Shown here in pieces: positions 28,656-44,242 of a stretch of DNA of 64,000 bases. Position numbers and translations under genes: made by a program. Position 1 is the stretch's first letter. Each line of letters opens with the position of its first letter. The notes beneath the pieces were generated by a model, which did not search any database, had not been told where the DNA came from, and was given only the letters and a program-made list of their open reading frames with translations. The stretch is from Eledone cirrhosa. Taxonomy: Eukaryota. The DNA is taken from contig OZ024740.1 in NCBI GenBank assembly GCA_964016885.1, positions 229,462,001 to 229,526,000 of the forward strand, written 5' to 3'.

Positions 28656-29340
28656 TAAAGTGGTCCTTCATCAGTGATCTTCCAACCATCATCGGTATTT
28701 CTTCGCTTTAAAGACCATATACCTCCGGTTGGTGCGAGCAACGGCTAAAGAAAGTCGTTGGGACATGTAAATAAATGGTAAACAAACAAAGATGGTGAAG
28801 CAACGAAAAGTGAGGAAGAGCGAGTCAAGTCCAAAAATTTCCATGAATATAAGTTCGGTGAAATCGTGAACGAGAGAGAATAAAGACCATCAAACCTGGT
28901 TGAAATGTGAGCAAGGAAGGAATTTCGCACAGGTCTAGCGTGAGGAAGAAGGGTTCTAGTCTGTGAATTAAGTAAACATAAGTTCTGTGAAATCGTAGAC
29001 GAGAGAGAGAGAAAATGCCGACCGGCCTGGCCAAGCGTGCGAAAGAAAAGAATTACGCACAGGTCAAACGGGAAGAAGAAGAAGAAGAAGGAGGAGGAGG
29101 AGGAGGAGGAGAGGTAGTAACAGAGAGTGAGTGAGCGAAGGGTGAGGAAGAGGCTAACAGAGAGAGTGACTGTTAGAGAGGGTAAAGATACAGAGGAAGC
29201 AGTAAGAACGAAATAGACGGGTCATAGCGGGAGAAAAATATGTGTAAATATGAGAATAAACGTGCTGCGGAGTTGCAAATGGGTTACATATGAATAAAGT
29301 GGTCCTTCATCAGTGATCTTCCAACCATCATCGGTTTTTC
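28651..29340 (-). mobile_element. Terminally redundant non-coding element (rearranged-hammerhead family)
   Basis: ATGAATAAAGTGGTCCTTCATCAGTGATC.. at 28651 and 29290 (spacing 639); internal homology to the 44482 and 51327 elements. Confidence 0.8.
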
Positions 29341-29349
29341 TCTCTCTAA

Positions 29350-29630
29350 GACAATGCGCCAAGGAATCTACAACAGGGAAAACCATAAGATTCACAATAG
29401 ACAGGCAGAGACCACGTGGACTACTAATAGTGATTGTAAGAGATCAGGACTTTGTTGATGACAACACAGATATCCAATAAAATTCAGCAAAAGAGTTACT
29501 TAAATAAATTAAGATTTCAGCTACTAAGAGCGGACATCAAACAGATATGAAGACAGTTAAGTTCATGACTTTGAATCGAAATGTTGATGATGAGCTGAGA
29601 ACAGTGAATGACTCAAATTTCAACATAGTG
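29350..29630 (+). pseudogene. Degenerate RTE-like RT fragment
   Basis: RDQDFVDD (DLDFADD-like) followed by AKELL..KTVKFM. Confidence 0.5.
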
Positions 29631-30060
29631 TATATAAAGATAAGGGGACAAACTTTTGGAAGTGCAACATCAAATACAAGTCCGTCCCCTTATCAATAGC
29701 CCGTATTGCATTAGAAATATATTACATATTAAATGTATTACCTAAGACGCTGTCTGAAGATGACGTGTTGGGGATTGTATGATGACAACATTACGCAATT
29801 ATTAACGCTCCATAAATACATATTACAGCGAATTTCATAATGAAATGAATTGTGAACACGCACGCATGCCCCCCCCCCCCATACGCACACGACACCCCAC
29901 ACACGCGCGTCACCCCCCCCCTCCCCCTCCTCCCACAAACACGATGGAGTCGGCCGTTAGCCGGATCCATCTTACACGCGATAATAACGGTTCGGCGAAA
30001 CTTCAATCAGCCCTACCAGGATACTGGACGATGGCGTGCAGTACAATTTCGTCACTCTCA

Positions 30061-30198
30061 CGGCACTGCAAAGTTTGTCTCGAACCGGCACTGCAAAGTT
30101 TATCTCGAACCGCCACTGCAGAGTCTGTCTCGAATCGTCACTGCAGAGTCTGTCTCGAACCGGTACTGCAGAGTCTGTCTCGAATCGTCACTGCAGAA
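30061..30198. repeat. 25-bp GC-rich tandem repeat, ~5.5 units
   Basis: CTGCA(A/G)AG at 30066, 30091, 30116, 30141, 30166 and 30191. Confidence 0.9.
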
Positions 30199-30339
30199 AC
30201 GTCGACCCTCCTCCATTTCCTCCAAGCGCGAATTTAATATAACTGTATTTTTGCATCCCTGTGTTTTTTTTTTTTGTTTCATGTATCAATTATGTATATA
30301 TATATATTTCGTTTCTGAATTTGTTTAGCAAGATTCTTT

Positions 30340-30879
30340 ATCTGAAAACGTGTGTTGAAACCGATATTGTTATACTTTGGGAGGGTCATGTTGCCAATAA
30401 GAAACACACGCACCACTTGTTTCACTTCAATTTATTATAAATTAAATTTATAAATTTAGGAATTTATAAATTTCCGGTTGGTTGGTTCCACAACCAGATG
30501 ATTGTTCATATATTGTCAAAGTTCTTTCGTCACACATTCTGTGACCTCTTCAGTGACTCGGGATTCTTTTCTTTGTTTTTGTGCCTCTCCTTTGTTCTGT
30601 CCTTGATTTTGTGTGTGTTGTAACACACACAAAATCAAGATGGTGTAGGACAGAACAAAGGAGAGGCACAAAAACAAAGAAAAGAATCCCCAGTCACTGA
30701 AGAGGTCACAGAATGTGTGACGAAGGAACTTTGACAATATATGAACAATCATCTGGTTGTGGAACCAACCAACCGGAAATTTATAAATTCCTAAATTCCT
30801 AAATTTAATTTATAATAAATTGAAGTGAAAGCAACTGGTGCGTGTGTTTCTTATTGGCAACATGACCCTCCCAAAGTAT

Positions 30880-30888
<9 letters not shown>
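30340..30888. repeat. Large fold-back (~255-bp arms) with hammerheads
   Basis: Arms 30364-30619 and 30622-30885; GTCA-CTGAAGA-G-GTCACA..TGTGAC-GAA(A/G)-GAAC-TT-TGAC at 30693-30735 (+) and its mirror at 30515-30557 (-). Confidence 0.9.
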
Positions 30889-30964
<76 letters not shown>

Positions 30965-31058
30965 TGTGTGTGTGCAACAGTTATAAAATTATTCATTTCG
31001 TCGGATGAACGAAAAAGTAATATTTAAATATACTTCTGTGCATTTTCGCCTTCACTTT

Positions 31059-31091
<33 letters not shown>

Positions 31092-31116
31092 TATCTACAA
31101 CTTCCTTTATACTCAT

Positions 31117-31189
<73 letters not shown>

Positions 31190-31315
31190 TACATAAACAT
31201 ATAGATATAGATACAGATATATATTTGTGTGTATATATGTATGTATACGGATACAATAATCATACACACGCGCACACACGTATACATATACCTTCACACA
31301 CACACACACACACAG

Positions 31316-31366
<51 letters not shown>

Positions 31367-31428
31367 AAGGTATATGTATACGTGTGTGCGCGTATACATA
31401 TACCTTCACACACGTATACATATACCTT

Positions 31429-31470
<42 letters not shown>

Positions 31471-31739
31471 CGTAGATATAAATAGCTCAGTCTCTCTAAT
31501 TCTCTTAGCACAACATAGACAGACTACAGACAATAATTACAGGCAAAAGAAAACAAGAAGAAAGACATAGGTGGTTCATTTACTGCATAAATCCAGGAAC
31601 TAGATTCAGCAAAATCACAAGAGATTCTCGTGACCTAGTGACCGTTTTTTCAATGTTTTGCCTCTAATTATTTTTTTCTCTTTGTTTCGGCTTCTCTTTT
31701 CTTTATTTCTTGATTTTCCTCTTTTTTACTTTTATTTTT

Positions 31740-31774
<35 letters not shown>

Positions 31775-31960
31775 CTTTTTATTATTATTGTTGTTGTCGC
31801 TGTTTTTTTTTTTATTATTAGTTTTATTATTCGTATTATTATATATTTTTCTTTTATTTATCTTTATTATTATTATTTTCTTCTTTTTGGTAGGTCGGTC
31901 AAACCTAGCAAGTCACCCTACTCAGCTATTGAAAGAAAGAAAGAAAGAAAGAAAGGGGGA

Positions 31961-31999
<39 letters not shown>

Positions 32000-32089
32000 G
32001 GGGAAGAAAGAAAGAAAAAAAGAAACAGGAAAAAGAAAGACGGAGAAACTTAAACAAAGACATCAAGCCAGTCAGTGATCACGCCATCA

Positions 32090-32146
32090 CTACCACCACC
32101 ATCACACCCACCACTGCTAGTAGTGGTAGTAGTAGTAGTGGGTAAA

Positions 32147-32230
<84 letters not shown>

Positions 32231-35075
32231 TCACCATCACCACCACCACCACCACCACTACTACTACCACTGCCACCACCACTAACACCACTATCACCAC
32301 CAACACTACTACTACTACCACCACCAGCACCACCACCACCACCACCACCACAACTACTACTACCATTGTCACCACCACCAACAACACTAGTACTACCAAC
32401 ACTACTTCTACTGTTACCACCACCACCTCCACCGCCGCTACTACCACCAACAACACCTCAATCACCCCAACACCATCAGCAACACTACCACCACCACCAC
32501 CACCGCTACCACCACCACCACCACCACAATCACCACCACTACCATCACTATTACCACTACCAATGTCACCAACACTACTAATACACCAGCTAGCACCAGC
32601 AGCAGCACCACCATTACTATCACAGCTGCTGCCACATACACCACCTCCACAATTTCTGCCGTCTATTCCTCCACCACCACCACACCACCACCACCACACT
32701 ACCACCACACCACCACCACCACCACCACCACACCACCACCACCACACTACCACTACCACAACCATACCATCACCACCATCACTACACTACCACCACACCA
32801 CCACCACCACCACTACCACCAACACCACCATCACTACCACCACTACCACCACTACCACCACTACCACCACCATACCACCACCACCACCACCACCACCACT
32901 ACACTACCACCACACCATCACCATCACCACCAACACCACCACCACTAACAACAACAACATTGATATGGTGCATATCATTACTTATATACTTATTTATTGA
33001 TTTCTGCCGTCTACTCCTCCACCACCACCACACCACCACCACCACACTACCACCACACCACCACCACCACCACCACCACCACACTACCACCACATCACCA
33101 CACCACCACCACCATCATCACACCACCACCACTACACCACCACTACCATCACTACACCATCACCACTACACCACTACACCACTACACCACCACACCACCA
33201 CTACCACCACCACCACCACCACCACCACCACCACCACCACCACCACCACCACACCACCACCATCACCACCACCACCACCACCACACCACCACCACTACAC
33301 CACTACACCACCACACCACCACCACCACCACACCACCACCACTACACCACTACACCACCACACCACCACCACCACTACACCACTACACCACCACACCACC
33401 ACCACTACACTACTACACCACCACACCACCACCACCACTACACCACTACACCACTACACCACCACACCACCACACCACCACCACTACACCACCACACCAC
33501 CACACCACCACCACCACTACACCACTACACCACCACACCACCACACCACCACCACACCACCACCACTACCACTACCACGTCAAACAGTAGCAACTACAAC
33601 AACAACATTAATACGATCGATATCATTACTTATATATTTATTTATTGATTTCTATCCCCCACTCCGCCCTCCATCACCACACCACTGGCACCACCACCAC
33701 TACACCACTGGCACCATCACCACTACACCACTGGCACCACCACCACCACCACCGCCACACCACTGGCACCACCACCACCGCCACCACCACTGGCACCGCC
33801 ACCACTACCGCCACACCACTGGCACCACCGCCACCGCCATACCACTGGCACCGCCACCACCACCACCGCCACCGCCACACCACTGGCACCGCCACCACTA
33901 CCGCCACACCACTGGCACCACCACCACCACCGCCACCACTACCGCCACACCACTGGCACCACCACCACCACCGCCACCACTACCGCCACACCGCAGGCAC
34001 CACCACCACCACCGCCACCGCCACACCACTGGCACCGCCACCACTGCCACCGCCACACCACTGGCACCGCCACCACCACCACCGCCACACCACTGGCACC
34101 GCCACCTCTTTATCACTATCCCCATCATAATTGTCAACACCACCGTTACTATAAACACCTTCACCACACACCCACAACCATCACCATCACAACCACCATC
34201 ATTACCCCACCATCACCACCAGTTCACTATCACCACCACAACCACTACCATCTCTCCACCATCACCACCATTACCCCACCATCACCACCAGTTCACTATC
34301 ACCACCACAACCACTACCATCTCTCCACCACCAACACCACCATCATTACCCCACCATCACCACCACAACTACTACGATCTCTCTACCATCACGACCAGTT
34401 CACTATCACCACCACAACCACTACCATCCCCACCATCACCACAACAACAACAACAAAACTCAGCACCACACCAACTACCACTACTCCCAACACCACAAAT
34501 ACCAGCTACAGCACCACCACCAACCACCTTCAACATCAACAACACCAGCACCAACACCACCACAACCAGCACCAACACCACCACAACCAGCACCAACATC
34601 AACAACACCAGCACCAACACCACCACAACCAGCACCAACACCACCACAACCAGCACCAACATCAACAACACCAGCACCAACACCACCACAACCAGCACCA
34701 ACACCACCACAACCAGCACCAACATCAACAACACCAGCACCAACACCACCACAACCAGCACCAACACCACCACAACCAGCACCAACATCAACAACACCAG
34801 CACCAACACCACCACAACCAGCACCAACACCACCACAACCAGCACCAACATCAACAACACCAGCACCAACACCACCACAACCAGCACCAACACCACCACA
34901 ACCAGCACCAACATCAACAACACCAGCACCAACACCACCACAACCAGCACCAACATCAACAACACCAGCACCAACACCACCACAACCAGCACCAACACCA
35001 CCACAACCAGCACCAACATCAACAACACCAGCACCAACACCACCACAACCAGCTACGGCACCACCACCATCATCA
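32090..35075. repeat. CAC/ACT low-complexity block, including a 63-bp higher-order repeat at 34530-35055
   Basis: Direct inspection. Confidence 0.95.
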
Positions 35076-35371
35076 CTATCCTAACCCTGCATTCTTTTGT
35101 TTATATTGCTATTGTTACGATAGATCCGTTTGATTTTCATATTTTATTTACTATCACGCACACACACACATACGCATACGCACATATACACATACACATA
35201 CACATAAACTCATGTACACTTACATACGAAACAAAGTTTGTTTTCGCAAACACTCATACACACAAGACTACGACACAACAAACATATACAGTAGTTAGTA
35301 TACACAGATACTTACATATGCTTATACACACGCACTGAATAACAAACACACACTACATTATATATATTTCT

Positions 35372-35632
35372 AGGGCGGGTAAAATTCCCGAGATCCATGG
35401 ACGAGTTCTCTCCAGCGGTCTCTGTCCCTCATTATCGCTGCCATGTCCTGCGTCTCCAACAGACCAGTGTCTGTCCTTAGGGCATCAACATACGTTAACC
35501 TTGGTCTTCCTCTTCCAGTGTGTCCATGTATTACACTGAGGATGAAAAACTCAGAGCTGTATGGGAGCCTCCCAAAAGTCAGCTTAGGAGACTGAGGTTA
35601 GCTGGACATGCTCACCGACATCCAGAGTTGAC
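35372..35632 (-). mobile_element. RTE-like LINE 3' end with an inverted upstream segment
   Basis: Minus strand HGHTGRGRPRLTYVDALRTDTG..RDRDRWR; plus strand ELYGSLPKVS / RRLRLAGHAHRHPELT. Confidence 0.75.
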
Positions 35633-35714
<82 letters not shown>

Positions 35715-35831
35715 AATATAAAGCAGTGTGCGTGTTTGTATTTGTTCTAATGTGAGTGTGTGTTATTCGGTGAGTTTATATCTATTTATCTATATATATA
35801 TATATATTTTGAGTTTCTAACTCAATCTATA

Positions 35832-35862
<31 letters not shown>

Positions 35863-35866
35863 AGAG

Positions 35867-35903
<37 letters not shown>

Positions 35904-35904
<1 letters not shown>

Positions 35905-36037
35905 GGCTAAATAGTGAGTCTTGTTACTCTGGCGTTTCGCCTGCTTATCTCAGGGTCATCAAACAAAAACTTTCTTGTCTGATGACCCTGTGATAAACAG
36001 ACGAAACTCCAGAGTAACAAGACTCACTATTTAGCCT
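35904..36037 (+). ncRNA. Fold-back whose right arm is a canonical type-I hammerhead (35973-36022)
   Basis: TCTTGT-CTGATGA-..CTGT gataa ACAG..-GAAA-CTC ca GAG-TA-ACAAGA. Confidence 0.75.
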
Positions 36038-36746
36038 TAATAAAATTAATATTAAAACTCTACTTTGGTATTGAGTACGGATATATATGTATACATATGT
36101 GTGTGTGTATGTTTATGTATGTCTATATATATATATGTGTATACATATATGTACATGTGTGTAAGAGTTGTCGTCTGCCTTTCCAATGTGTCCCAGCATG
36201 CTTTGCTTCTTCAGACTTCCTTGTTTGTTTTTTTTAAACAAACGTGGACAAGTTTTTAAACTTCATTCTAACTTATAGACTCTCTCTCCCTCTCTCTCTC
36301 TTTCTCTTACTTTCTTGCTTCCTTTTGAAGTTTTACTCTTTCTACAATCTCTTCTGCTTTTCATCTCTCTTACTCCACCTCACTCTGTATATGATTTCTC
36401 CTTATCTTTCTCTTTCTCTCGCTCCGTCTCACTTTTAGTTCTTCTCTTTTTCTCTTCTCTCCCACTTCTCTCTTTCATTAGTCGTCCCTTCTTTCTTCAT
36501 ATTTTTCTTTCTATCACTTTCTCAGAGTTTTCCCTCTCTCTCTCTCTCCCTCTTCCTCTCTTTCTTCACTCTTTCTTCCCATGTATTTCCTTAGTGACAA
36601 TTTCTGAACAAATCTAGGCACTTTCTACATTACAATCTCTCTCTCTCACCCCTCTCTCTCTCTCTTTCTCCCCCTCTCTCTCTCTTTCTCCATCTCTCTC
36701 TGTCTCCTTTTCTCTTCTCCTTCATTTATGTTCACCATTGTCTCTT

Positions 36747-36795
<49 letters not shown>

Positions 36796-37184
36796 ATATT
36801 TATATATATATATATACATTATATATACATAATATATATATATACATTATATATATTTATATACATATATATAAACACATTTTAAAAACTTACATGCGCA
36901 TATATATCATGCCACATGCATTTACTATATGCCACGCAGGCATACTACTACATCTTTCTTTTCTTCTCTCTTTCTCACACTCACAGGCACACACACACAC
37001 ACACGGGTACAAACACACAATCAAAACACTTTCACACACACACATACAGACACGCATGCTAAAACATACATACACACAGACATATACACTTCTTTCGTTC
37101 CTCTCACTGAACCTCACCTTTCTTTCGCCACCAATCTTTTTTACATACACACATACATATATGTATGCACATAGTCTATTTCCC

Positions 37185-37261
<77 letters not shown>

Positions 37262-37535
37262 TCTCTCCCTCTCCCTCTCCCTCTCTTTCTCTCGCTCTCT
37301 ATCTATCTATATACCTCTCCCTCTCCCTCTCTCTCCGCCTTTCTCCCCCCTCTCTCTATCACTCCTTACTTCCCTCACATACACACACACGCACACACAT
37401 ACATATATATGTATACATACATATACACACAAACAAACACACACATATATATATTTCTTTATTTATATATATATATAGAGATAGATATCTCTATGTCTCC
37501 CCCCACTCTCTCTCTCTCATATATATATCTATATT

Positions 37536-37566
<31 letters not shown>

Positions 37567-37658
37567 CTATATATATATCTCTCTATATATATGATAGTTA
37601 CATCTCTATCTGTCGCTCTCTCTCTCTCACACTATATATATATATTTATATATATAAT

Positions 37659-37721
<63 letters not shown>

Positions 37722-37729
37722 ATATATAT

Positions 37730-37765
<36 letters not shown>

Positions 37766-38157
37766 ATATATATATAAATATATATATATATACATTTATT
37801 TATTTGCAGGTTCTTCTCTCCCGTTCCCGTTTCCTCTTCCTTAAGGGGTTATGGCGGGACGGGGCAAAGGGTGCAGACGATAGAAAGCAAATTTGGGGGA
37901 AGCGGGAAGGCTCGAGAATACTAGTAACCCAGACAGAAGTATTAGAGCTGGAGAAGGAGGGTATGGCTGACAGGGTAAATAATTAGAGACTATATATATA
38001 TATGTGTGTGTATAAATAAATATATATATATTATATATATATATGTGTGTGTGTATAAATATATATTTACATACATATATATATATATTTGTTAATGAAT
38101 GTATACACACACACACATACACACACATATATACATACATATATGTGTGTGTGTGTA

Positions 38158-38214
<57 letters not shown>

Positions 38215-38336
38215 ATAAATATATATTTACATACATATATATATATATTTTTGTTAATGAATGTATACACACACACACACACACACATACACACGCATAT
38301 ATATATACACATATGTGTGTGTGTGTATATATATAT

Positions 38337-38940
38337 GGTGGCTGCCAACTCGTTTTCGAGTACGGCCACTACTTTACATCCATGTATGATAACCCCTACC
38401 GAAGCGCTGAACGAGTGTGACTTTTTAGTCCAGCCAGCGACTTGAAACCTCTGGTACAAACACTACACCTGTGACAACTATTGACACATAGTGCTAGGCC
38501 CATGGTAGGACAATTATTGACACATAGTGCTGGGCCCATGTGAGGACAAGTGCAGAGAGATCTCCAGATATAAAGCAATGCCTGTGCCGTGAAGCTTTTA
38601 TAGTGAGCAAAGGCACTGCACAAAGCCAGTCCCACTCTCTTAACCAAGATGCTATTTACCAAAAAGAAGAACAAGTCAACATCATTGGATACCATCAGGG
38701 TTGCAGGTGTTATATCAGAGTTTTCCTTCTCCTAGAATTCTGCCTTGACTAAGGCTAAAGGGGTCATCTCTCCCGGTGATTTTGGATGGCCATTGACTCT
38801 TAAGAGCTCCTTTGCCCTTTGACAACCTGTCTCATGGTCGGGTCGTTGGCGACTAAACTGGCAACCCCACCAAGGTTTCTTGGTGAGGAGGGTGACTTTG
38901 GACATCCTGCAGGACTAAAAACAAAACCTGTCAAAGGGCA
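38337..38940 (-). mobile_element. Probable internally deleted RTE (5'UTR joined to C-terminal zinc finger / 3' end)
   Basis: CSVCTRGFKSLAGLKSHTRS motif; CTAGGAGAAGGAAAACTCTG resembles RTE/BovB-type 5'UTRs (from recall). Confidence 0.55.
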
Positions 38941-39199
38941 AAGGAGTATATATATATAGATATATATATACATATATATATATATACACACACATATATA
39001 TACTTATGTTTATAAAAATATATATATTTGTGAATATAAACAGGGAGCTGGAGAAATACATGCAATTTTAACGAAAATAATCTTTTGTACAAAAGATTTC
39101 GCAAAGAGCTCAATGCGTGAAGGAATCAGATTTAAACCCTATAATATAAAAGCCTGCAACTCGAAGGGAAGGGATGAAGTTGATTAATTTTACCCCAGT

Positions 39200-39340
39200 G
39201 CGTTACTGGTACTTTATTTTATCGACCCCGTAAGGATGAAAGAAAAAGCTAACCTCGACGTGATTTTGAACACCGAATGTAAAGGGCCGTAACTATCTCC
39301 CGTAATGCATATTGTCCAACACTCTTCCGAGGCTGCCAAT
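39200..39340 (-). mobile_element. SINE family A
   Basis: Conserved body TTACTGGTACTTTATTTTATCGACCCCGTAAGG. Confidence 0.8.
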
Positions 39341-40153
39341 CCTTTTTACACTATTAATGGTATGGTATGGTATGGTATGGTATGGTATGGGCCCGTAATT
39401 CCTGATAGAGTCGTATGGGTGCTGTATTGACATACGGTGTTTCTTGGGCATTTTAAGCCTGGTAGAGTCCATCTCCTCTCCAGTCCTGAGTACAGCTGAT
39501 TTCTTCTAGAGATGGATAGAAAGTGAGAGAGAGGAAGTGAGAAAGAGATATAGAAGAAGAATCGACTAGACTGATATTTTATAAAGAATATATGTACACA
39601 TGGTAACTTCATCAGCAAAACCGAAAGAGAATCGCTTGAGAATTTTACGTTTTAAATATAACGATTTTTAGAAGCTGATGATATATGGAGGGCAATCCAA
39701 ATATAAGGAAAACAAATATGCTCAATTTGATAATAAAAGACTTTCCAAGTGTTCTCGAATCAACGAAATTAACCTTAAAAACGAGCATTTTCAAAAACTT
39801 TGCAAAACAAATATATATATATTGTTAAATTTTTTGTTAATTTTTTGTTAACCTGTTTAGCTTGCTCGTTTTTTCGGCTGCCTGGCTTGTCGATTCACAG
39901 CCATTTTTATAATGTGTCTGGCCCTTATGACGTATGTTAATTGCTCTGGCTTCTTCCTAGTCGATTGAGCGCTTGCCGGCATATCTGAAAATTGCGTTTC
40001 GTTTTGTTTTGGCAGCCGCCGAAATACGATCTCGCTGAAATTATATAAATATATATATATATATATATACATATATATAAATATATATATATATATGTAG
40101 ATAAATCTACCAAGAGTTTACGGTAGTGTCCAATCCGTATGAAGAACTCAATG

Positions 40154-41103
<950 letters not shown>

Positions 41104-41175
41104 TGTATATACAGTATATATATATATATATATATATATACTGTATATATATATATATATATATATCTATATATA

Positions 41176-41224
<49 letters not shown>

Positions 41225-41361
41225 ATGTATATTATACATAAGCCGTGTGTATACGTGTATAAATTGAAAATTTCCCCGAATAAAAATATAGGGTGTCCCT
41301 AACAAATATATACACACTTTGATTACCCGTGCAGGCAATATTTATCACGAAAGCTTTAGAT

Positions 41362-41649
41362 CAGTCATGGGCAACCGGCGGCCCGCGAACCTTTCTGAAT
41401 GGCTCCCCTAAGTCACCTAAGTGAAATCTTTCCGATTTTTTTACCCTAACTTTTCAGTCGTAATTTATCTTTCTATCATTTTTACGATCGCAGAGAAGAA
41501 CGTGTACGAATTCTGAAGAAACATCAAAACAACCTGAGTTACCGCCCTTTTTTTAAATGTTGGCATGAATGTAAATTAGTACTTGCGGCCCGCCTGATGA
41601 TGACCATATCTCAGGCGGCCTGCTTCTTGAAAAAGGTTGCCCATACCTG
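41362..41649 (+). mobile_element. hAT MITE
   Basis: TIR CAGTCATGGGCAACC / GGTTGCCCATACCTG; TSD CTTTAGAT/CTATAGAT. Confidence 0.9.
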
Positions 41650-41679
41650 CTATAGATGGCTGCTCATTACCCATACTAT

Positions 41680-41850
41680 CCCTCTCAGGCGATTCAATTT
41701 GCATGTCATGTCATGAGAAGCAACGAATCTGCTACAAAACCTTTACCATGGGAGCCCATTAACATGAAACGAAAACGTGGAAGACCTCTCATAGCGTTGA
41801 GGAAGATACAGAATTATCTAGTGAAGAACTGAAGCAGTTAATATTCGATT
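41680..41850 (+). pseudogene. RTE-like LINE C-terminal fragment
   Basis: FACHVMRSNE..PWEP..KRKRGRP. Confidence 0.55.
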
Positions 41851-42099
41851 GTGTGAGATGGAAAGGTTTTATCATGTCACCACAAAGAAGGGAATGTTTT
41901 TAGTAGTAACTGTTGTACATATATCAATAACAAAATTGACAACAGATACAAAACTCCGCGGTCTTCAGCCGTCAAAATGGACGTGCACAGTTATGAGCCC
42001 CTACCGATGTTACTGCTGTTTCATCAGAGGTGAAAGTATATGGCAAAGTAGTCCTTAGATTATTTTACAATACGAAAACAAAATGGAACTAACATGAAA

Positions 42100-42492
42100 C
42101 TGCTCTTTGCTTCCAAATAATAGGAGAGAATAAGCGGGGTGGAATAAGCAGGGAGGTGGGATGGAATAAGGTTGGAATAAACAGTTAGAAAATTGGGATT
42201 TCTAAAAACCAGAATTAGTTGTTTAGTTTACATATTGAGACTCCGATCTTTCCTATTTAGTTTATAACGTATGGGAATTCTAGTAATGTACTTTTTTTGT
42301 CATGTATAATGCTTTCTAATGTCTAAAGAAAATTAATTGTCGCGGGTATGCTACTACCTAAAATAAAATTTCAGCGGGAATAGATTAGCAAAATTTAATA
42401 AGCCGGATGGTTAGGGGCTGGAATAAAACCCTGAAGAATTAATAAGCGGTAGTCGTGAGGGAGCGGTCATTATTCGAGAACCGAAAGAATAT
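42100..42492. mobile_element. Possible old MITE with AATAAGCG subterminal repeats
   Basis: Imperfect TIR TGCTCTTTGCTTCCAAATAAT / ATTATTCGAGAACCGAAAGAATA. Confidence 0.35.
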
Positions 42493-42539
42493 GGCCAGAA
42501 CAAATGCGTATAGAATTGAATACACAACATTATGTGACG

Positions 42540-42725
42540 AAGGATGAAAGGCAAAGTCAACCTCGGCGGGATTTGAACTCAGATCGCATAGTTACGCCCC
42601 TTTACGATCTGAGTTCAAATCCCGTCGAGGTTAACTTTGCTTTTCATCCTTACGGGGTCGATAAAATAAAGTACCAGTAATGCACTGGGTAATTGCTGGC
42701 CTTGTGCCTAAAGTAGAAACAATTA
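42540..42725 (+). mobile_element. SINE family A with an inverted 5' duplication
   Basis: 42540-42590 is the reverse complement of 42605-42651; TSD TTATGTGACGAAG. Confidence 0.85.
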
Positions 42726-43232
42726 TGTGACGAAGATGGTCTGTTAGAACTATGGAGACGAAAACAATCAAAGAAAGTGGTGTAAAGATAAGAAAATGTT
42801 GGCTGGTGACAACTACCATATTTGGAATGTGTGACAGACGCCGAGACGAAAGAACGAAACAATAGTCACGTGGTAGGAGAGGAGATATGGTCGCGGTAAA
42901 TAGAACAACTACAAGAAGGGAAATAAATAATGTTCTATATAGATAATAAACACAACCACAAGGATATGGTCTGAACTTGGAAGAGCCGAACTCCCACTGT
43001 GATCGCCTCCATCTCTTTCACCCTCCCAGGAAGGGGAGCTGCTAGCGTCACAGGTAATATTGAAAAATTGGCAGCAGATATAATCCCCCCTCTACCTATC
43101 TATCTATCTATTTATCTATCTATTGCCTCCTCCATATTGAGGACGCCTTTGCATGTAAACTCCCCCCTTTGTACTTGTCCCACTTTTGATGCCTTGGTGG
43201 CAAATAAAAAGAAAGTTATCTATTTATCTATC

Positions 43233-43365
<133 letters not shown>

Positions 43366-43464
43366 CGCTCTCTGTGTGAGTGCGTGTAGTAAAATATCGA
43401 TGGATGTGAAATAGGAAAAAGGAAAACACAGTTCAATCAGGTGATAGCTGATATACTATATTAT

Positions 43465-43718
43465 TTATTTATGTTCATAAACAGAACAAAAGCGCTACCT
43501 AATGTTTCAAAGCCAAAATTTAATCATCTCCCCAGATTGTAAGAGCGATAAAATGTGTGACCTAATAGACAGACGCCTCAAACTGTATGTTCAAAATCGT
43601 CCAAGTTACCTGACAATTAGGTCACAAACTTGATCGCTCTCACATTCTGGGGAGATGTTTAGCATTGGGCCTTTAAACATTAAGTAGCGTTTTGTTTCCC
43701 TGTATGAACATGCATAAT

Positions 43719-43720
<2 letters not shown>
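43465..43720. repeat. Old diverged fold-back
   Basis: For example CATCTCCCCAGA / TCTGGGGAGATG and TGTGACCTAAT / ATTAGGTCACA. Confidence 0.75.
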
Positions 43721-43794
<74 letters not shown>

Positions 43795-43830
43795 GAGGTT
43801 ATAGTTCACTTGAAGCATTGTGTAATGAGG

Positions 43831-44169
43831 TATAAACGTTTGTATATGTATAATAAAGCCAAAACAATGCAGGTATAGACATAGAATAAAGAAAGCAAAT
43901 GGAAAAGATATTGTTGACAATTAGTCTTTTACCTTAGATTTATATAAATGTTCTTAATTTTCGAGATAATATCTCTTCTTCGGAGGGAAGTAAAGCGGTT
44001 AAACCAGTGTTCTAAATAGCTTGCCAAAGAAGAGATATTATCTCGAAAATTAAGGATATTTAAATAACTCTAAGGTAAAAGACTAATTGTCAACAACATC
44101 TTTTGCATTTGCATTCTTTATTCTATGTCCATACCTGCATTGTTTTGGCTTTATTATACATATACAAAC

Positions 44170-44175
<6 letters not shown>
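43831..44175. repeat. Fold-back with ~150-bp arms and the 3' half of a hammerhead
   Basis: 43831-43980 pairs with 44027-44175; GAGA tatta TCTC-GAAA-AT-TA. Confidence 0.9.

Positions 44176-44239
<64 letters not shown>

Positions 44240-44242
<3 letters not shown>

Noticed and set aside
32960-35338. 792-aa Thr/His/Pro-rich mucin-like ORF
   Set aside because: Built from CAC/ACT microsatellites that are open in several frames; no ATG start or signal peptide; runs into (CA)n-derived text.
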